A stretch of DNA of 38,469 nt, from IMG/VR virus record IMGVR_UViG_3300024046_000015, positions 1 to 38,469 of that record. One strand, given 5' to 3'. The notes under the pieces were generated by a model, which made no database searches, was not told where the DNA came from, and saw nothing but the letters and a program-made list of their open reading frames with translations. This document shows positions 24,996-35,220 of this stretch, one piece after another. Each line of letters begins with the position of its first letter. The stretch's first letter is position 1. The DNA comes from a virus (lineage: Duplodnaviria; Caudoviricetes). The position numbers were made by a program, and so were the translations under genes.

Positions 24996-27409
24996 CGGAT
25001 CAGGTGACGCGGCTTGTTATCCGCGCGGATGGGGCCTTGCTGGCTCTCGGGCAGTATGAGCGGGGTATGGAAGAGGCCGGCAAGGCCACCGACTATACCA
25101 CGGGCGCCCTTGCCGATTTCGAGCGTCGGATGGAGGTGGCGCGGGCGGCCATGGAGCGGGGCAATGCGGTCTCGACCCAGACGGTAGCGCGCAAGAGCGC
25201 CGAGGAACGCGCCTGGGAGAAGTGGCAGGGGACGATCGACCGGGTGACGCGGCTGCGCATCAAGCTCGAGCGCGAAGCCATGCAGGCGTCGGTTGCCGCC
25301 GCCAACGCCGTCAATATGGGGCACGAAAGCCAGGAAGCCGCCATCGAAAAGCTGGTGGCGATCGAACGGCGCCACGCCGCGCAGCTGAGTGCCGCGATCA
25401 GCGCCGAGCAGGGCATGGCGGCGGGGCTCGACAATACAGCAGCGGCCGCCGACAGGGCGGCCATGGCGGTGCGGGGGCTCAACGCGGCCAATGATAACCG
25501 GCGGCTGGGCAGCAATGCACAATTCAGCACAGCCAATATTGCCGCGCAGATGTTCGATGTGGGCGTCACGTCGCCCTTCATGCCGGCCTGGCAGGTCGGC
25601 CTGCAGCAGGGCTCGCAGCTAGCCCAGGCCTTTGCCGGGCAGTCGCTGCAACAGAGCATCATGGGCGTCGGCGGCGCGCTGTTGTCGCTGATCAACCCGG
25701 TATCGCTGCTGACCATCGGCTTTACCACGCTGGCGGCGCTGGGCATTCAGGCTTTCATGGGCATTTCCAGCAGTGGCGCGGATGCGGAAAGGACGCTTAA
25801 GGAGCACAAGGAATGGCTCGATGAGCTTCTGGTGGGCTACGACAAGGCCGCCGAGGCGGCCGACCGTGCCCTGACGACGGCGCAGCGCCTGCCCAAGGGG
25901 GTGCTGGAATCGGACCTGCGGGCCAATCTGCTGGAGCAGGATATTGCGGCCGATGCGCTGCAGAAGCGGATTGACGCGGCGCGCGAGCAGATCGCGAGCA
26001 CGGCCGAGCTGTTGCGTCGACTGGCAGAGATCGGCGAGGCCGGGGGCGAGGATTCGTCTGTGGTATCCGCCGGTGCGGCGCAGATCGAGTTTATCCGCGA
26101 TCTAGGCTTGTCGAGCGAAACCACCGCCGCGCAATTGGACGCGGTGATGGTCGCCTCGCGGCAGCTCTATAACAGTATCGACGACCCCGCTATCCGGGAC
26201 ATGGCAAAGGCGGTTTATGACCTGGCATTCGAGCTGCGCGAATTGCAGGCGCGCGCATCGGCGGCTACTGGCGCCCTGGCGGCGCTCAACAATATGGATA
26301 TCCAGGTCAGCATCAGCACCGATACCGACAAGACAGTCGATGCTATCGAGAAAATCGTCCGTCTCACGCCGGAGCTGCGGTCGACGCAGGAGCAGGTGCG
26401 CGACATTTTCGAAAAAGGCTTGGTTGACGCACCTGATGATATCCTGCGTTACCGGTTGCAACAGGTCTTTGACGAGGCAGAAGCTGCATTTACTGAGCAG
26501 GATCGTCGGCGAGAAGCCGAGCGGTTGGCTAAAGCGTCCGACAAAACCTACGATCGCTGGGGCGATACGATTGGGAATTTCGAGCAGCGCATAGCCTCGC
26601 AGCGGCTTGAAATCGACCTGCTGGGCCAGAGCACGTACGAGATCACCCGGCAGAAAGCTGCTTTCGATCTGCGCAATCAGGCGATGCAGGCGGGCATTCC
26701 GATCACGGCGGAAGTGACCGGGCAGATCAACCGGCTGTCGGCGGAATATGCGCGCGAAACCACGGCGCTCGAACAGGCCACCGAGGCGCGGCGCCGGGCC
26801 GAAGAGCAGATGAATTTCTACAAGTCGACGGTTTCGGGATTCGTGCTCGAGCTGGCGGGCAATCTGCGCACTGGTGAGGATTTCTGGGAGAGCTTTGCCA
26901 ATGCCGGCGTCAAGGCGTTCGACCGCATTGCCGACCGGGCCTTGTCGATGGCGGTCGACGGGATCTGGGACATGATCTTCGGGGCGTTCGCGGGCGCCCT
27001 TTCCGGACCGACCGGCGGGGCATGGGGTAATGGCCTGTGGGGTTCGGCCATCTTCAACGCCAAGGGCGGCGTCTATGCCTCGCCCAGCCTCTCGGCCTAT
27101 TCGAACGGCATCTATGACCGGCCGCAGGTCTTCGCCTTTGCGCGCGGGGCGGGCGTCTTTGGCGAGGCGGGGCCGGAAGCGATCATGCCGCTGGCCCGGA
27201 CGCCGGGCGGCGATCTGGGCGTGCGGGTGGCCAACCAGAACCAGGGCAATGACAACTGGCCATCGGTGCAGATCGTGGATCAGCGTGGCCGCAACGCCCC
27301 GGCGATCGAGCAAGAGCGGATAATTGGTCCGGACGGGGAAAAGCAGCTTCGGCTCATTGTCCGCGATGAAATGCAGCAGGCCCATCGGCGTGGGGCATTG
27401 GGGTTCTGA
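24992..27409 (+). CDS. Tape measure protein
   Basis: 805 aa, Ala-rich helical; NIAAQMFDVGV...QQGSQL motif; C-terminal NAKGG...GEAGPEAIMPL. Confidence 0.93.
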   Translation: MTDQVTRLVIRADGALLALGQYERGMEEAGKATDYTTGALADFERRMEVARAAMERGNAVSTQTVARKSAEERAWEKWQGTIDRVTRLRIKLEREAMQASVAAANAVNMGHESQEAAIEKLVAIERRHAAQLSAAISAEQGMAAGLDNTAAAADRAAMAVRGLNAANDNRRLGSNAQFSTANIAAQMFDVGVTSPFMPAWQVGLQQGSQLAQAFAGQSLQQSIMGVGGALLSLINPVSLLTIGFTTLAALGIQAFMGISSSGADAERTLKEHKEWLDELLVGYDKAAEAADRALTTAQRLPKGVLESDLRANLLEQDIAADALQKRIDAAREQIASTAELLRRLAEIGEAGGEDSSVVSAGAAQIEFIRDLGLSSETTAAQLDAVMVASRQLYNSIDDPAIRDMAKAVYDLAFELRELQARASAATGALAALNNMDIQVSISTDTDKTVDAIEKIVRLTPELRSTQEQVRDIFEKGLVDAPDDILRYRLQQVFDEAEAAFTEQDRRREAERLAKASDKTYDRWGDTIGNFEQRIASQRLEIDLLGQSTYEITRQKAAFDLRNQAMQAGIPITAEVTGQINRLSAEYARETTALEQATEARRRAEEQMNFYKSTVSGFVLELAGNLRTGEDFWESFANAGVKAFDRIADRALSMAVDGIWDMIFGAFAGALSGPTGGAWGNGLWGSAIFNAKGGVYASPSLSAYSNGIYDRPQVFAFARGAGVFGEAGPEAIMPLARTPGGDLGVRVANQNQGNDNWPSVQIVDQRGRNAPAIEQERIIGPDGEKQLRLIVRDEMQQAHRRGALGF

Positions 27410-28036
27410 ATGCCCACGAATATGCCGGCTTATGCCTTCACCGACCTGGACGTCATGCCGGAGTTGGGGACCGCCCACGCGCGCACGCAGGGCGGTCTCG
27501 TCGTCACGTCGCGCAATGCCGATCCGTTCTGGCGCGGCACCATGACAACGCGGCCACTCAACACGTTTGATGCCAGCAACCAGCATGCCGACTTCCTCGC
27601 CTGGCTGGTCTGGGCGGTGGACAACAATATTCGTGTGGATTTCGTCCATCCGCTGCACCGTGTGCCCCGCCAATACACGGCCGACAGTTGGCCGATGGTG
27701 GGTAATGGGGCGTTGGTCGGGACGCCAGACATGCGGACCTTAACTGTTTCGGGCATCCCTGTCGGCGTGAAGCTTAGCCGCGGTGACCGGGTGTCGGTCG
27801 AGCAAGGTGATATCATCGTGCATCGCTGGATCGCCGCCGACACGCTGGTGGAGAGTGCGATCAGCCAGGCTGTGCCGATCACGCCGCGCCTGCCGATCGG
27901 CGTCCTGGCGCCGGCGGCCATCGTGGTGCTCAAGGAGCCGAAAATACGGTTCATGGTCGTGCCCGGCTCGATCGATGCGATCGTCGATGCCGATAACGCT
28001 CCCATCTCTTTTGAAGTGATGGAGGCGCTGCGATGA
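27410..28036 (+). CDS. Putative distal tail protein
   Basis: 208 aa immediately after the tape measure gene. Confidence 0.65.
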   Translation: MPTNMPAYAFTDLDVMPELGTAHARTQGGLVVTSRNADPFWRGTMTTRPLNTFDASNQHADFLAWLVWAVDNNIRVDFVHPLHRVPRQYTADSWPMVGNGALVGTPDMRTLTVSGIPVGVKLSRGDRVSVEQGDIIVHRWIAADTLVESAISQAVPITPRLPIGVLAPAAIVVLKEPKIRFMVVPGSIDAIVDADNAPISFEVMEALR

Positions 28037-28689
28037 AGCCGCACAGCCCCGAACTGCTGGCCGAGTTGAATGCCGGCCGGGTGGACTACCGCGATGCCGT
28101 GGAACTGGTGTTCGACAGTGGCGTGGTGCGCCTGGTGGTGGGTGTCAAAGGCTCGTTCGGCTGGTCGGACCTCACCGGCGTGTCGATGCCGTGGGCCGAA
28201 GATCACGGCGACCTGTTCCACGGCGGCGGTGACCTGATCGGGCTCGACGTGCCCGAGAATGCGCTGGGGCCCGAGAGCCAGGCGATCACGGCAAAAGTGT
28301 TCGAAACCTACATGGTCGAGGGCTCCGACGTGCCGGTCAACGTATTTGACGACGGCGTGCGGGCGACCATCGACGAAGAGCCATGGGAGGGCCGGCCTGC
28401 GGTGCTGTCGGTGTTCTGGTTCGGCGCCGGCGGCACCCCGATCCTGCGCGAGCAAGTGGCGGTGCGAACCATGGACCAGATGGTGGTGAGCACCGACGAG
28501 GCCGGCAATCCAATCCGCGCGCTGATCCTGGAAGAGCCCGACATCATGCAGCGCGACATCGAGGGCAAAACGGCCAACGCGGCCTTTCAGGCGCTGATCG
28601 ACCCGACCGACAAGGCCTTCGAGCACGTGGCGACGGCGCAGCGACAGAAGATCAGCTTTGGACGGCTGCCCGAGGAGACGGTGGCATGA
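28033..28689 (+). CDS. Putative tail tip / hub component (218 aa)
   Basis: Position; C-terminal QALIDPTDKAFEHV...ISFG pattern. Confidence 0.65.
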   Translation: MKPHSPELLAELNAGRVDYRDAVELVFDSGVVRLVVGVKGSFGWSDLTGVSMPWAEDHGDLFHGGGDLIGLDVPENALGPESQAITAKVFETYMVEGSDVPVNVFDDGVRATIDEEPWEGRPAVLSVFWFGAGGTPILREQVAVRTMDQMVVSTDEAGNPIRALILEEPDIMQRDIEGKTANAAFQALIDPTDKAFEHVATAQRQKISFGRLPEETVA

Positions 28690-29135
28690 ACTGGTCTCCG
28701 CCGCGCATTCCCGCTCGCAAGATTGGCTGGGAGCGGGCCTATGTCGCCACGATGGGCGAGTTATTGGCGCTGCCTTTCGGCTGGACCCCGGTCGCCCATT
28801 GTCTCGGCGCGCCGGCGGCACTGTGCATCGCCATGACCGGGGTCGATCCCATGCGCGGGCTCCGGCGCTACTCGACCGAGGCCGGCGCCTGGCGCCAGCT
28901 TTTGCAGCTGGGTTTTCGGGACGTTGAACAGGCCCTGGCGGCGGTGTTTCCGGAAGTGCCGGTGATGCAGGCGCGGCGCGGCGATTGCGGTGTGCTGGAG
29001 CAAACCGTGGATGGTGAGCCCTGGCGCGCGGCGGTCGTCGTCATGGGTGACCGTGCGGTGGGCCGCTCGCCGCATGGGCCGGTTTATGTGTCGACGGCAG
29101 CGCTCAAGCGCTGCTTTGCGATCGGAGCCGTCTGA
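28686..29135 (+). CDS. NlpC/P60-like tail assembly protein (DUF6950-like)
   Basis: 149 aa; PFGW...HC...MTGVDP...YST...ARRGD; start at ATGA overlap. Confidence 0.7.
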   Translation: MNWSPPRIPARKIGWERAYVATMGELLALPFGWTPVAHCLGAPAALCIAMTGVDPMRGLRRYSTEAGAWRQLLQLGFRDVEQALAAVFPEVPVMQARRGDCGVLEQTVDGEPWRAAVVVMGDRAVGRSPHGPVYVSTAALKRCFAIGAV

Positions 29136-31582
29136 TGCCCTTCGTCGCGCCGATGATCGGCAATATTGCGCTCAACCTCGCCATCGGGGTTGGCGCCTCG
29201 CTGCTGGCCAATCTGTTCCGGCCGCAGCGGGCCGCGACCACGCAGCAGGTCAAGACGCAGCGCGGCCTTACCTTCGAGCTCGAAGTGGGCGAGAGCGCAG
29301 CGGTGCGCGCCATTGTCGGCCTGGGCCGGGCCACCGGGCGGCTGGCCTATGTCAACGAGTTCGGCACCGACAACGAGTATGTGCAGATGGTCATCGATAT
29401 CGGCCATGGCTGGCACGATGGGCTCGAACACTTCCTGGTGGACGAGCAGCCCGTATCGTTGTCGGGTTCGAACAGCGACGCGTTTGGCCGCTCGGTGGAC
29501 AGTTTTACGGTTTCCGGCACGCCTTATCTCTGGGTCAAAACCTACAATGGTGCGCCCGGGCAGGCGGCCGACCCGCAGCTCATCGCGCGGGCCAATCCAG
29601 CCGGCCGCTGGAGTGCGGCGCACAAGTTCACCGGCGTCGCCTATATGATCGTCACCTGCCGCTACAACGCAGACCTGTTCGGCGGCACCATCCCGCGCTT
29701 CGGCTCGGTGTGGCGCGGTCTGCGGTTGCTCGACTGGCGCGTGCCCGGCGCCGTCTGGGGTGACCAGTCCACCTATGTGTGGACCAGGAACCCGGCCGTC
29801 ATCCGCTACAATTTCCGGCGCGGCATCTACGTCAATGGCGTGCGGGTGCTGGGGCAGGGCTTTCCGGAATTTGCTTGCGACATGGCCGGCTACACGGCGG
29901 CGGCCAATCGCTGCGACGAGACGTTCTACGATCCGGTCAGCGGCAAGACTTTTGCCATCTACGAGTATGGCCGGCAGATCAGCGACGACCAGGAAAAGCT
30001 GTCGGTGCTGCGCGAACTGGACGAGGCCTATTGCGGCTCCAGCTTCAAGCGCGGCGGCGCCGACGTGCCGCTGCCGGCGCAGCAGCTCGTGCCGGTGATG
30101 ACGCTCAAGGATATCGACCGGCTCGGTGGCCAGCCGATCCGGGTCGATCGCAAGGGCACGATCAGCACCAAAAAAACCATGTGGCACGGCAGCTTTGTCA
30201 GCCATGACGCCGGCTGGGTCGAAGCACCGTTCACCCCGCGCATCAATGCCGATCTCGAAAGCCTCCTCGGCGGCCGGCGGGCGGCGGCGATGAACCAGCC
30301 TTATGAGAGCGTGCAGGAGCGCGCGCAGCTGCGCGCCGAGATCGCCCTGCGGCGGCAATTCTACGCGGCGACCCGCGTCGAGACCTTCGGGCCAGCCGCC
30401 CTGGTGCTGGAGCCGGGCGACCCGATCACCCGCGATAGTGCGGACTGGGGGCCGATGACCATGGTGGTGGAGAAGGTCGAACGGGCCGTGGTGGACGGCG
30501 CCATTGTCGGCGCCACGCTGACCCTCAGCCAGTGGGACAACGCCATCGTGCCGGCGAGCGGCGACAGCTTTGTCACCCTGCCGCCCGCCGTGGGGCCGGG
30601 CAATGCCAATCCCAACCGCACCATTGCGGTCTCGGGCCTTGATGTCGTCGCCTATCAGCGCGCGGGTGGCGGGGCCGTCCATCCCCACGCCAGAGCAAAC
30701 TGGACCCAGATCACCGACCCCAATGTCGACCAGGTGATGATCCGCGTCTGGCCGGCCGATGGCAACGAGGCGAACGACAAGCAGGATTTCTTCGCCTCGG
30801 CGCGGCTGCAAAGCAATCTGGTATTCGGCCCCTTGCAACCGCTGACCGACTACAAGGCCAAGGCGATCCCGATCCGCGCCGATGGGCGGGCCTGTGTGTG
30901 GACCAATGAGGCCAGTTTCACGACGGGCGAGCAGGTGGTGCCGGCTGAAGTGCCCGATGGCTCGGTGACGGTCGAGAAGCTGGCGCAGGAAGCCCGCAAC
31001 CGACTCGACGCCATCATTGGCAACATTCCCGAGCGGATCATCGAGCTTGAGCGGGAAATAGCCGAGCAGGCCAGTGCCAATTTTACCGAGATGGCCGACA
31101 ACAAGAAGCGCACCACGGTGCTCAAGGCGCAGCTGGGCACCGCCATTGCCGCCGTGATCCGCGAGGAAGCGGCCCGGGTCGAGGACAATGCGGCCTTCGC
31201 GATGGCGCTGCAGCAGGTCGTGGCCGAGATCGAGAACTCGTTTGCCGCCGGCTATATCGGCTTCGAGGTTGTGGCCTCCGAGCCCAATCTGTCCTCGACG
31301 ATCGCCATCATGACGGCGGTCGAGGATGGCGGCGAGCGCGGCCAGTCGGGGTTCCTGATCAAGACCTATCGAGACGGCGGGGTGATCAAGCGCGAGATCC
31401 TGATCGACACGGAAAAACTGTTCATCACCGATGGCGTGAACAGCGCGAATGCCTTTCGCTTCGACGCGGCCACCGGCGCGCTGGTCTTACGCGAGCTGCG
31501 GTTCGACCGGCTGCGCAGCAATGACGGCGTGTCGATCGACATCAACGGCACCGATCCGGCCAGCTTCCTGGTGGGGTCATAG
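29135..31582 (+). CDS. Central tail tip / host-specificity protein (gpJ-like)
   Basis: 815 aa; GVAY, WTRNPAV, AANRCDE, LEPGD motifs, FnIII-like segment, coiled-coil and beta-rich C-terminus. Confidence 0.85.
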   Translation: MPFVAPMIGNIALNLAIGVGASLLANLFRPQRAATTQQVKTQRGLTFELEVGESAAVRAIVGLGRATGRLAYVNEFGTDNEYVQMVIDIGHGWHDGLEHFLVDEQPVSLSGSNSDAFGRSVDSFTVSGTPYLWVKTYNGAPGQAADPQLIARANPAGRWSAAHKFTGVAYMIVTCRYNADLFGGTIPRFGSVWRGLRLLDWRVPGAVWGDQSTYVWTRNPAVIRYNFRRGIYVNGVRVLGQGFPEFACDMAGYTAAANRCDETFYDPVSGKTFAIYEYGRQISDDQEKLSVLRELDEAYCGSSFKRGGADVPLPAQQLVPVMTLKDIDRLGGQPIRVDRKGTISTKKTMWHGSFVSHDAGWVEAPFTPRINADLESLLGGRRAAAMNQPYESVQERAQLRAEIALRRQFYAATRVETFGPAALVLEPGDPITRDSADWGPMTMVVEKVERAVVDGAIVGATLTLSQWDNAIVPASGDSFVTLPPAVGPGNANPNRTIAVSGLDVVAYQRAGGGAVHPHARANWTQITDPNVDQVMIRVWPADGNEANDKQDFFASARLQSNLVFGPLQPLTDYKAKAIPIRADGRACVWTNEASFTTGEQVVPAEVPDGSVTVEKLAQEARNRLDAIIGNIPERIIELEREIAEQASANFTEMADNKKRTTVLKAQLGTAIAAVIREEAARVEDNAAFAMALQQVVAEIENSFAAGYIGFEVVASEPNLSSTIAIMTAVEDGGERGQSGFLIKTYRDGGVIKREILIDTEKLFITDGVNSANAFRFDAATGALVLRELRFDRLRSNDGVSIDINGTDPASFLVGS

Positions 31583-31584
31583 CC

Positions 31585-32358
31585 GTGGCCTATACATTTC
31601 TCGAAAACGACACGCATTGCCTGCTCATTGCCGAGCGGACGATGGTCTGGCGCAAGCCGGCGAGCGGCGACAAGTTTGCGCCCTACAAAAACCCGGTTGC
31701 CCACCTCGATCTCGTCGAGTTTTGCAGCGACTGGGACTATTACGCCGTGCGCTCACGGCAGTCTGTGGCCCTGACCCATCAGGCTGTTGCCGGTGTCGTC
31801 ATCTATGACGATCGAGGCTTTGGCGGCCAGCAGCCGGTATCGGTCGGGCAGACCGCAGTGCAGGACCAGGTGCTGGTCACTCACAATGCTGGTTATGTGC
31901 CGCGCTTTCGCGTCGCCCAGGATAACCGTGTCTTGCCGCAAGGCATGCCGGTGCAGAATACGGCTGCCGGCACGCGCTGGGTGTCGTTCTACGCGACCAC
32001 CAGCCAGATCATCTGCCGCAATGTCGGCGTCTCGACCGACCTGACCCTGCCGGCTATCAGTGTCAGTTACGATGTGGCTGTGTTCAAGGACGTGGACGAA
32101 GCGCCGGTAGGCCCGGCTCTACCGATGTTCTGGGTAGACAATGCTCGCGCCATCATGGGCCGGGGGCGCTTTGACACCAACACTACGACGATGCGCCTCG
32201 GCTCCGGGGCCGAGAGCCCGTTCTGGATACCCAAGGGCCGCAATGTCGATTTTGCCCAGGGGCGGGTTCGCGTCGTGCTGCCAAATGGGCCGACGCTCAG
32301 TCAGCCCGGATATGACGGCAGTTTTGCCGGCTCGGCCTTCCAGAGGGCATTCATATGA
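31585..32358 (+). CDS. Putative tail tip-associated protein (257 aa)
   Basis: GTG start 2 nt after the previous stop; beta-rich; position. Confidence 0.6.
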   Translation: MAYTFLENDTHCLLIAERTMVWRKPASGDKFAPYKNPVAHLDLVEFCSDWDYYAVRSRQSVALTHQAVAGVVIYDDRGFGGQQPVSVGQTAVQDQVLVTHNAGYVPRFRVAQDNRVLPQGMPVQNTAAGTRWVSFYATTSQIICRNVGVSTDLTLPAISVSYDVAVFKDVDEAPVGPALPMFWVDNARAIMGRGRFDTNTTTMRLGSGAESPFWIPKGRNVDFAQGRVRVVLPNGPTLSQPGYDGSFAGSAFQRAFI

Positions 32359-33071
32359 GCACTTTTTCGATGGTCCCGGGCGGCATGAAACTGACGCGGC
32401 CGGGTGGCCCGGATGTATTTGATACGGCCCGCAAGGCGGCCAACCTAATCCCGGATGCGGCTCTGTCCGGCACTGTCTCGCTGCCCTTTCCCAATTTTCT
32501 CGCGGGCACGCCGATCTATCGCTATTCGGGCGGCTCGCGAAACGGCAATGGCAAGGCGCCGTTCGCGGAAAGTTGCGCGACATACGGCACGATTGCGCGG
32601 CAAGAATGGGGGCCGGGCAAGGCCAACAATATCGCCCGTATTGGCTTGGGGGCGGTGCCGTCCGGCGTCGACCATCTCGATGTGCAGGTGCGTCTCGCGC
32701 AGACAGCGGCGCCCGGAACGCTCATGGGCTACACCATCCAGAAGATCGGCCAGAACCAGTGGATGAGCCTCAGCGACAATTTTGCCGTCCTCGAAGATGG
32801 CGGCTGGCTGAAACGCGGCATCCATTTCGAGATCATCGGCAACCAGGCCTATGTCTCGCGCTACCAGAGTGCTGCCGAACAGGCGGTGCGGCACCTTGAG
32901 ACCAAAACCAATCTCAATGTCTTCTACACCGAGGCCAATCCGCCTTTTCCGGAAACTGTCTACTGGGCCTTTCGGCCTGGCGACAATGGCGCCTGTTCGA
33001 CCGCATTTACTCCCAATCTCGCCAGCACCTGGTCGCTGACCTATGTGGTCACGCCGGGCCGTACCACCTGA
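32355..33071 (+). CDS. Putative tail tip-associated protein (238 aa)
   Basis: ATGA overlap; beta-rich; position. Confidence 0.6.
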   Translation: MSTFSMVPGGMKLTRPGGPDVFDTARKAANLIPDAALSGTVSLPFPNFLAGTPIYRYSGGSRNGNGKAPFAESCATYGTIARQEWGPGKANNIARIGLGAVPSGVDHLDVQVRLAQTAAPGTLMGYTIQKIGQNQWMSLSDNFAVLEDGGWLKRGIHFEIIGNQAYVSRYQSAAEQAVRHLETKTNLNVFYTEANPPFPETVYWAFRPGDNGACSTAFTPNLASTWSLTYVVTPGRTT

Positions 33072-33081
33072 GGACCTAACC

Positions 33082-35220
33082 ATGCCTTTGCCTCTAACCG
33101 GCTCCGCCGCCGTCGAGAACGATGAAGAAGTGCTCGAATGGACCGGCGCACCGCTGACCCCGCTCAATTGCGTCGCCGGCGCCGCCATCATGCTCGACGG
33201 GCTGGGTTATTTTGTCGGCGAGCGGATCGACACCAGCCATGTGCGCCTGACGCGGGCCTATGCCGGCGCCACCGACACCGTGGCGGCCGAGATCACCCAG
33301 TTGTCGCCCGAGCAGGTGGCGACGGCCACGCTCAACAAGCGCTCCGCCGAGGTGATGAGCCAGCTCGGCGTGCTCGACGCCAATGGCCGAGGGCTGTTTT
33401 ACAACCTTATCGGCGTCACCGGCGACAACGATCCGGGTCCGGGCAATATTGCGCTCGATGCGGCCGGCGCCGGCGTGAGCGAGATCTATATCGACGTGCT
33501 CGACGCCAATGAGGGCGGGCGCGACGTCTCCGGGATCATCGGGCTCTGGGGCGCTGGCACGGTGCTGATCCTGCGCTCGCTGGCCAGCAACGCCTATCTC
33601 GCAGCGGCGCTGACCGAGGCGCCGGCAGGCTCGGGCGGTTATCGTCGGCTGGCGGTCGAGGTGATCGGTTCAGACGGCGAGCTGGCGGCCGAGCCTCTGG
33701 CGGTTGAATGGCGGCTCAAGGGCGAAAAGGGCGACGCCTACGAGACCGACGCCACCGTCAACGACATGGCGGGTCTCACCGCCCACGATAGCGAGGATGA
33801 CGGCTTCCGGGTCTTCGTGCGCGACCTCGGCGGCGTCTACGACAATCGTTCCGGCGTCGTGGTCAAGGCGGGTGAAGACTGGGACGTGGCGGCGCTCTAC
33901 ACCGGCCCGAGGGGCAGCAAGGGCGATCAGGGCGACAAAGGCTGGTCGCCGATGTTTGCCGGCGTCGCGGACGGCGAGCGGCGCGTTGAGGTGCTGATCG
34001 GCTATGTCGGCGGTGAGGGTACCCCGCCCACCGACCACGTGAGCGAGTACCGAAAGGGCGACGGCACCTATACGACTAATATCGCCGAGGCGGTCGACTA
34101 TCGTGGGCCGCGTGGTGTCGACGGTGCGGGCACCGTGGCCGGATTGGTGCCAGGGGCCGGCATTATCATCGATGCGACCGACCCGACCCAGCCGGTGATC
34201 TCCACCGATCAGACGGCCGACGAAACGCAGAATTTCTATGCGACCCTCGCTTTGGAACAGGCCGAGGACCGGATGAGCGGGCCGGTGACGGCGGGGCCTG
34301 ACGGCAATGGGCTTTTTGATGGCTTTAACACGCTCACCTATGTGGACACCGCGGCTGCCTTGGGCCTTGATACGTCCGAGGCCGGGCTACTCAAGCCCCT
34401 GCCTCTGGTCACGGCGATGAGCATCAGCTTCACCCACGATTCGCCCAACTATGGGGGCTACAATCTTCGTTTTCGTATCCCGGCCTCAAAGCTGAGTGGT
34501 AAGGGTGACCAAATTAAGCTGAGGCTGGCAGGGGTAACCACGGGGGCGGCCCTCGTCCTCTCATCCGTCTATGTGGGCCACAAGGCCAGTTCCGGCAACG
34601 TCTGGGATTTTGATGGCGGTCAAAAACAGATCAAGGTTGGCGGCGACGCCGGCTTCACGGTGCCAGTCAACGGCGACGTCGAAACAGATTGGCTCGACTT
34701 TGACTTTGACGACAGTCGCGACCTGATCGTCGCGATGCACTGTACATCGGGCGACCTTCGGATTGGGACGATCGCCAGCGGCGGGATAGGCGGCTCTTTT
34801 TCTACCAAGGCGGGGGCGGACGAGGGCGGTGTGTCGGCGCCGGGAGGATACTCCACATCGTCCACCTATGATCGCCTTACCTGTTATCAGGTCCAGGTCC
34901 GCACCAGTGCGATGAGCGTGCGCAGCTCGGCCCTGACGCTGTCGGCGGAGCCCGATTGGGCGCGGCTATACTTCATCGCCGACCTGCAGGACGCCACGCT
35001 CAACACCGATTTGCTGGTCTCGCTGAGCCGCGATGGCGACGACTACACCGTCCTCACGGCCACTCATCTCTATCAGCGGCCGGACGGCTCAGGCGTTTTC
35101 GCCACGGACAGGACCGAACTGACGAGTGACCCTGGCACGCTCGGCCGCTGGCGGATCGAAACGGACAATGCAAAGCGGCCGAAGGTGCTGGCGCTTGGCG
35201 TCATCTATGGGGTCAACTGA
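33082..35220 (+). CDS. Tail fibre / receptor-binding protein (712 aa)
   Basis: GAGGA RBS; N-terminal fibre-attachment-like region; short collagen-like GPRGSKGDQGDKG; modular C-terminus. Confidence 0.75.
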   Translation: MPLPLTGSAAVENDEEVLEWTGAPLTPLNCVAGAAIMLDGLGYFVGERIDTSHVRLTRAYAGATDTVAAEITQLSPEQVATATLNKRSAEVMSQLGVLDANGRGLFYNLIGVTGDNDPGPGNIALDAAGAGVSEIYIDVLDANEGGRDVSGIIGLWGAGTVLILRSLASNAYLAAALTEAPAGSGGYRRLAVEVIGSDGELAAEPLAVEWRLKGEKGDAYETDATVNDMAGLTAHDSEDDGFRVFVRDLGGVYDNRSGVVVKAGEDWDVAALYTGPRGSKGDQGDKGWSPMFAGVADGERRVEVLIGYVGGEGTPPTDHVSEYRKGDGTYTTNIAEAVDYRGPRGVDGAGTVAGLVPGAGIIIDATDPTQPVISTDQTADETQNFYATLALEQAEDRMSGPVTAGPDGNGLFDGFNTLTYVDTAAALGLDTSEAGLLKPLPLVTAMSISFTHDSPNYGGYNLRFRIPASKLSGKGDQIKLRLAGVTTGAALVLSSVYVGHKASSGNVWDFDGGQKQIKVGGDAGFTVPVNGDVETDWLDFDFDDSRDLIVAMHCTSGDLRIGTIASGGIGGSFSTKAGADEGGVSAPGGYSTSSTYDRLTCYQVQVRTSAMSVRSSALTLSAEPDWARLYFIADLQDATLNTDLLVSLSRDGDDYTVLTATHLYQRPDGSGVFATDRTELTSDPGTLGRWRIETDNAKRPKVLALGVIYGVN

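Noticed and set aside
15392-33071. Gene transfer agent cluster
   Set aside because: Integrase, repressor switch, replication genes, HNH and lysis genes are all linked, indicating a true prophage.
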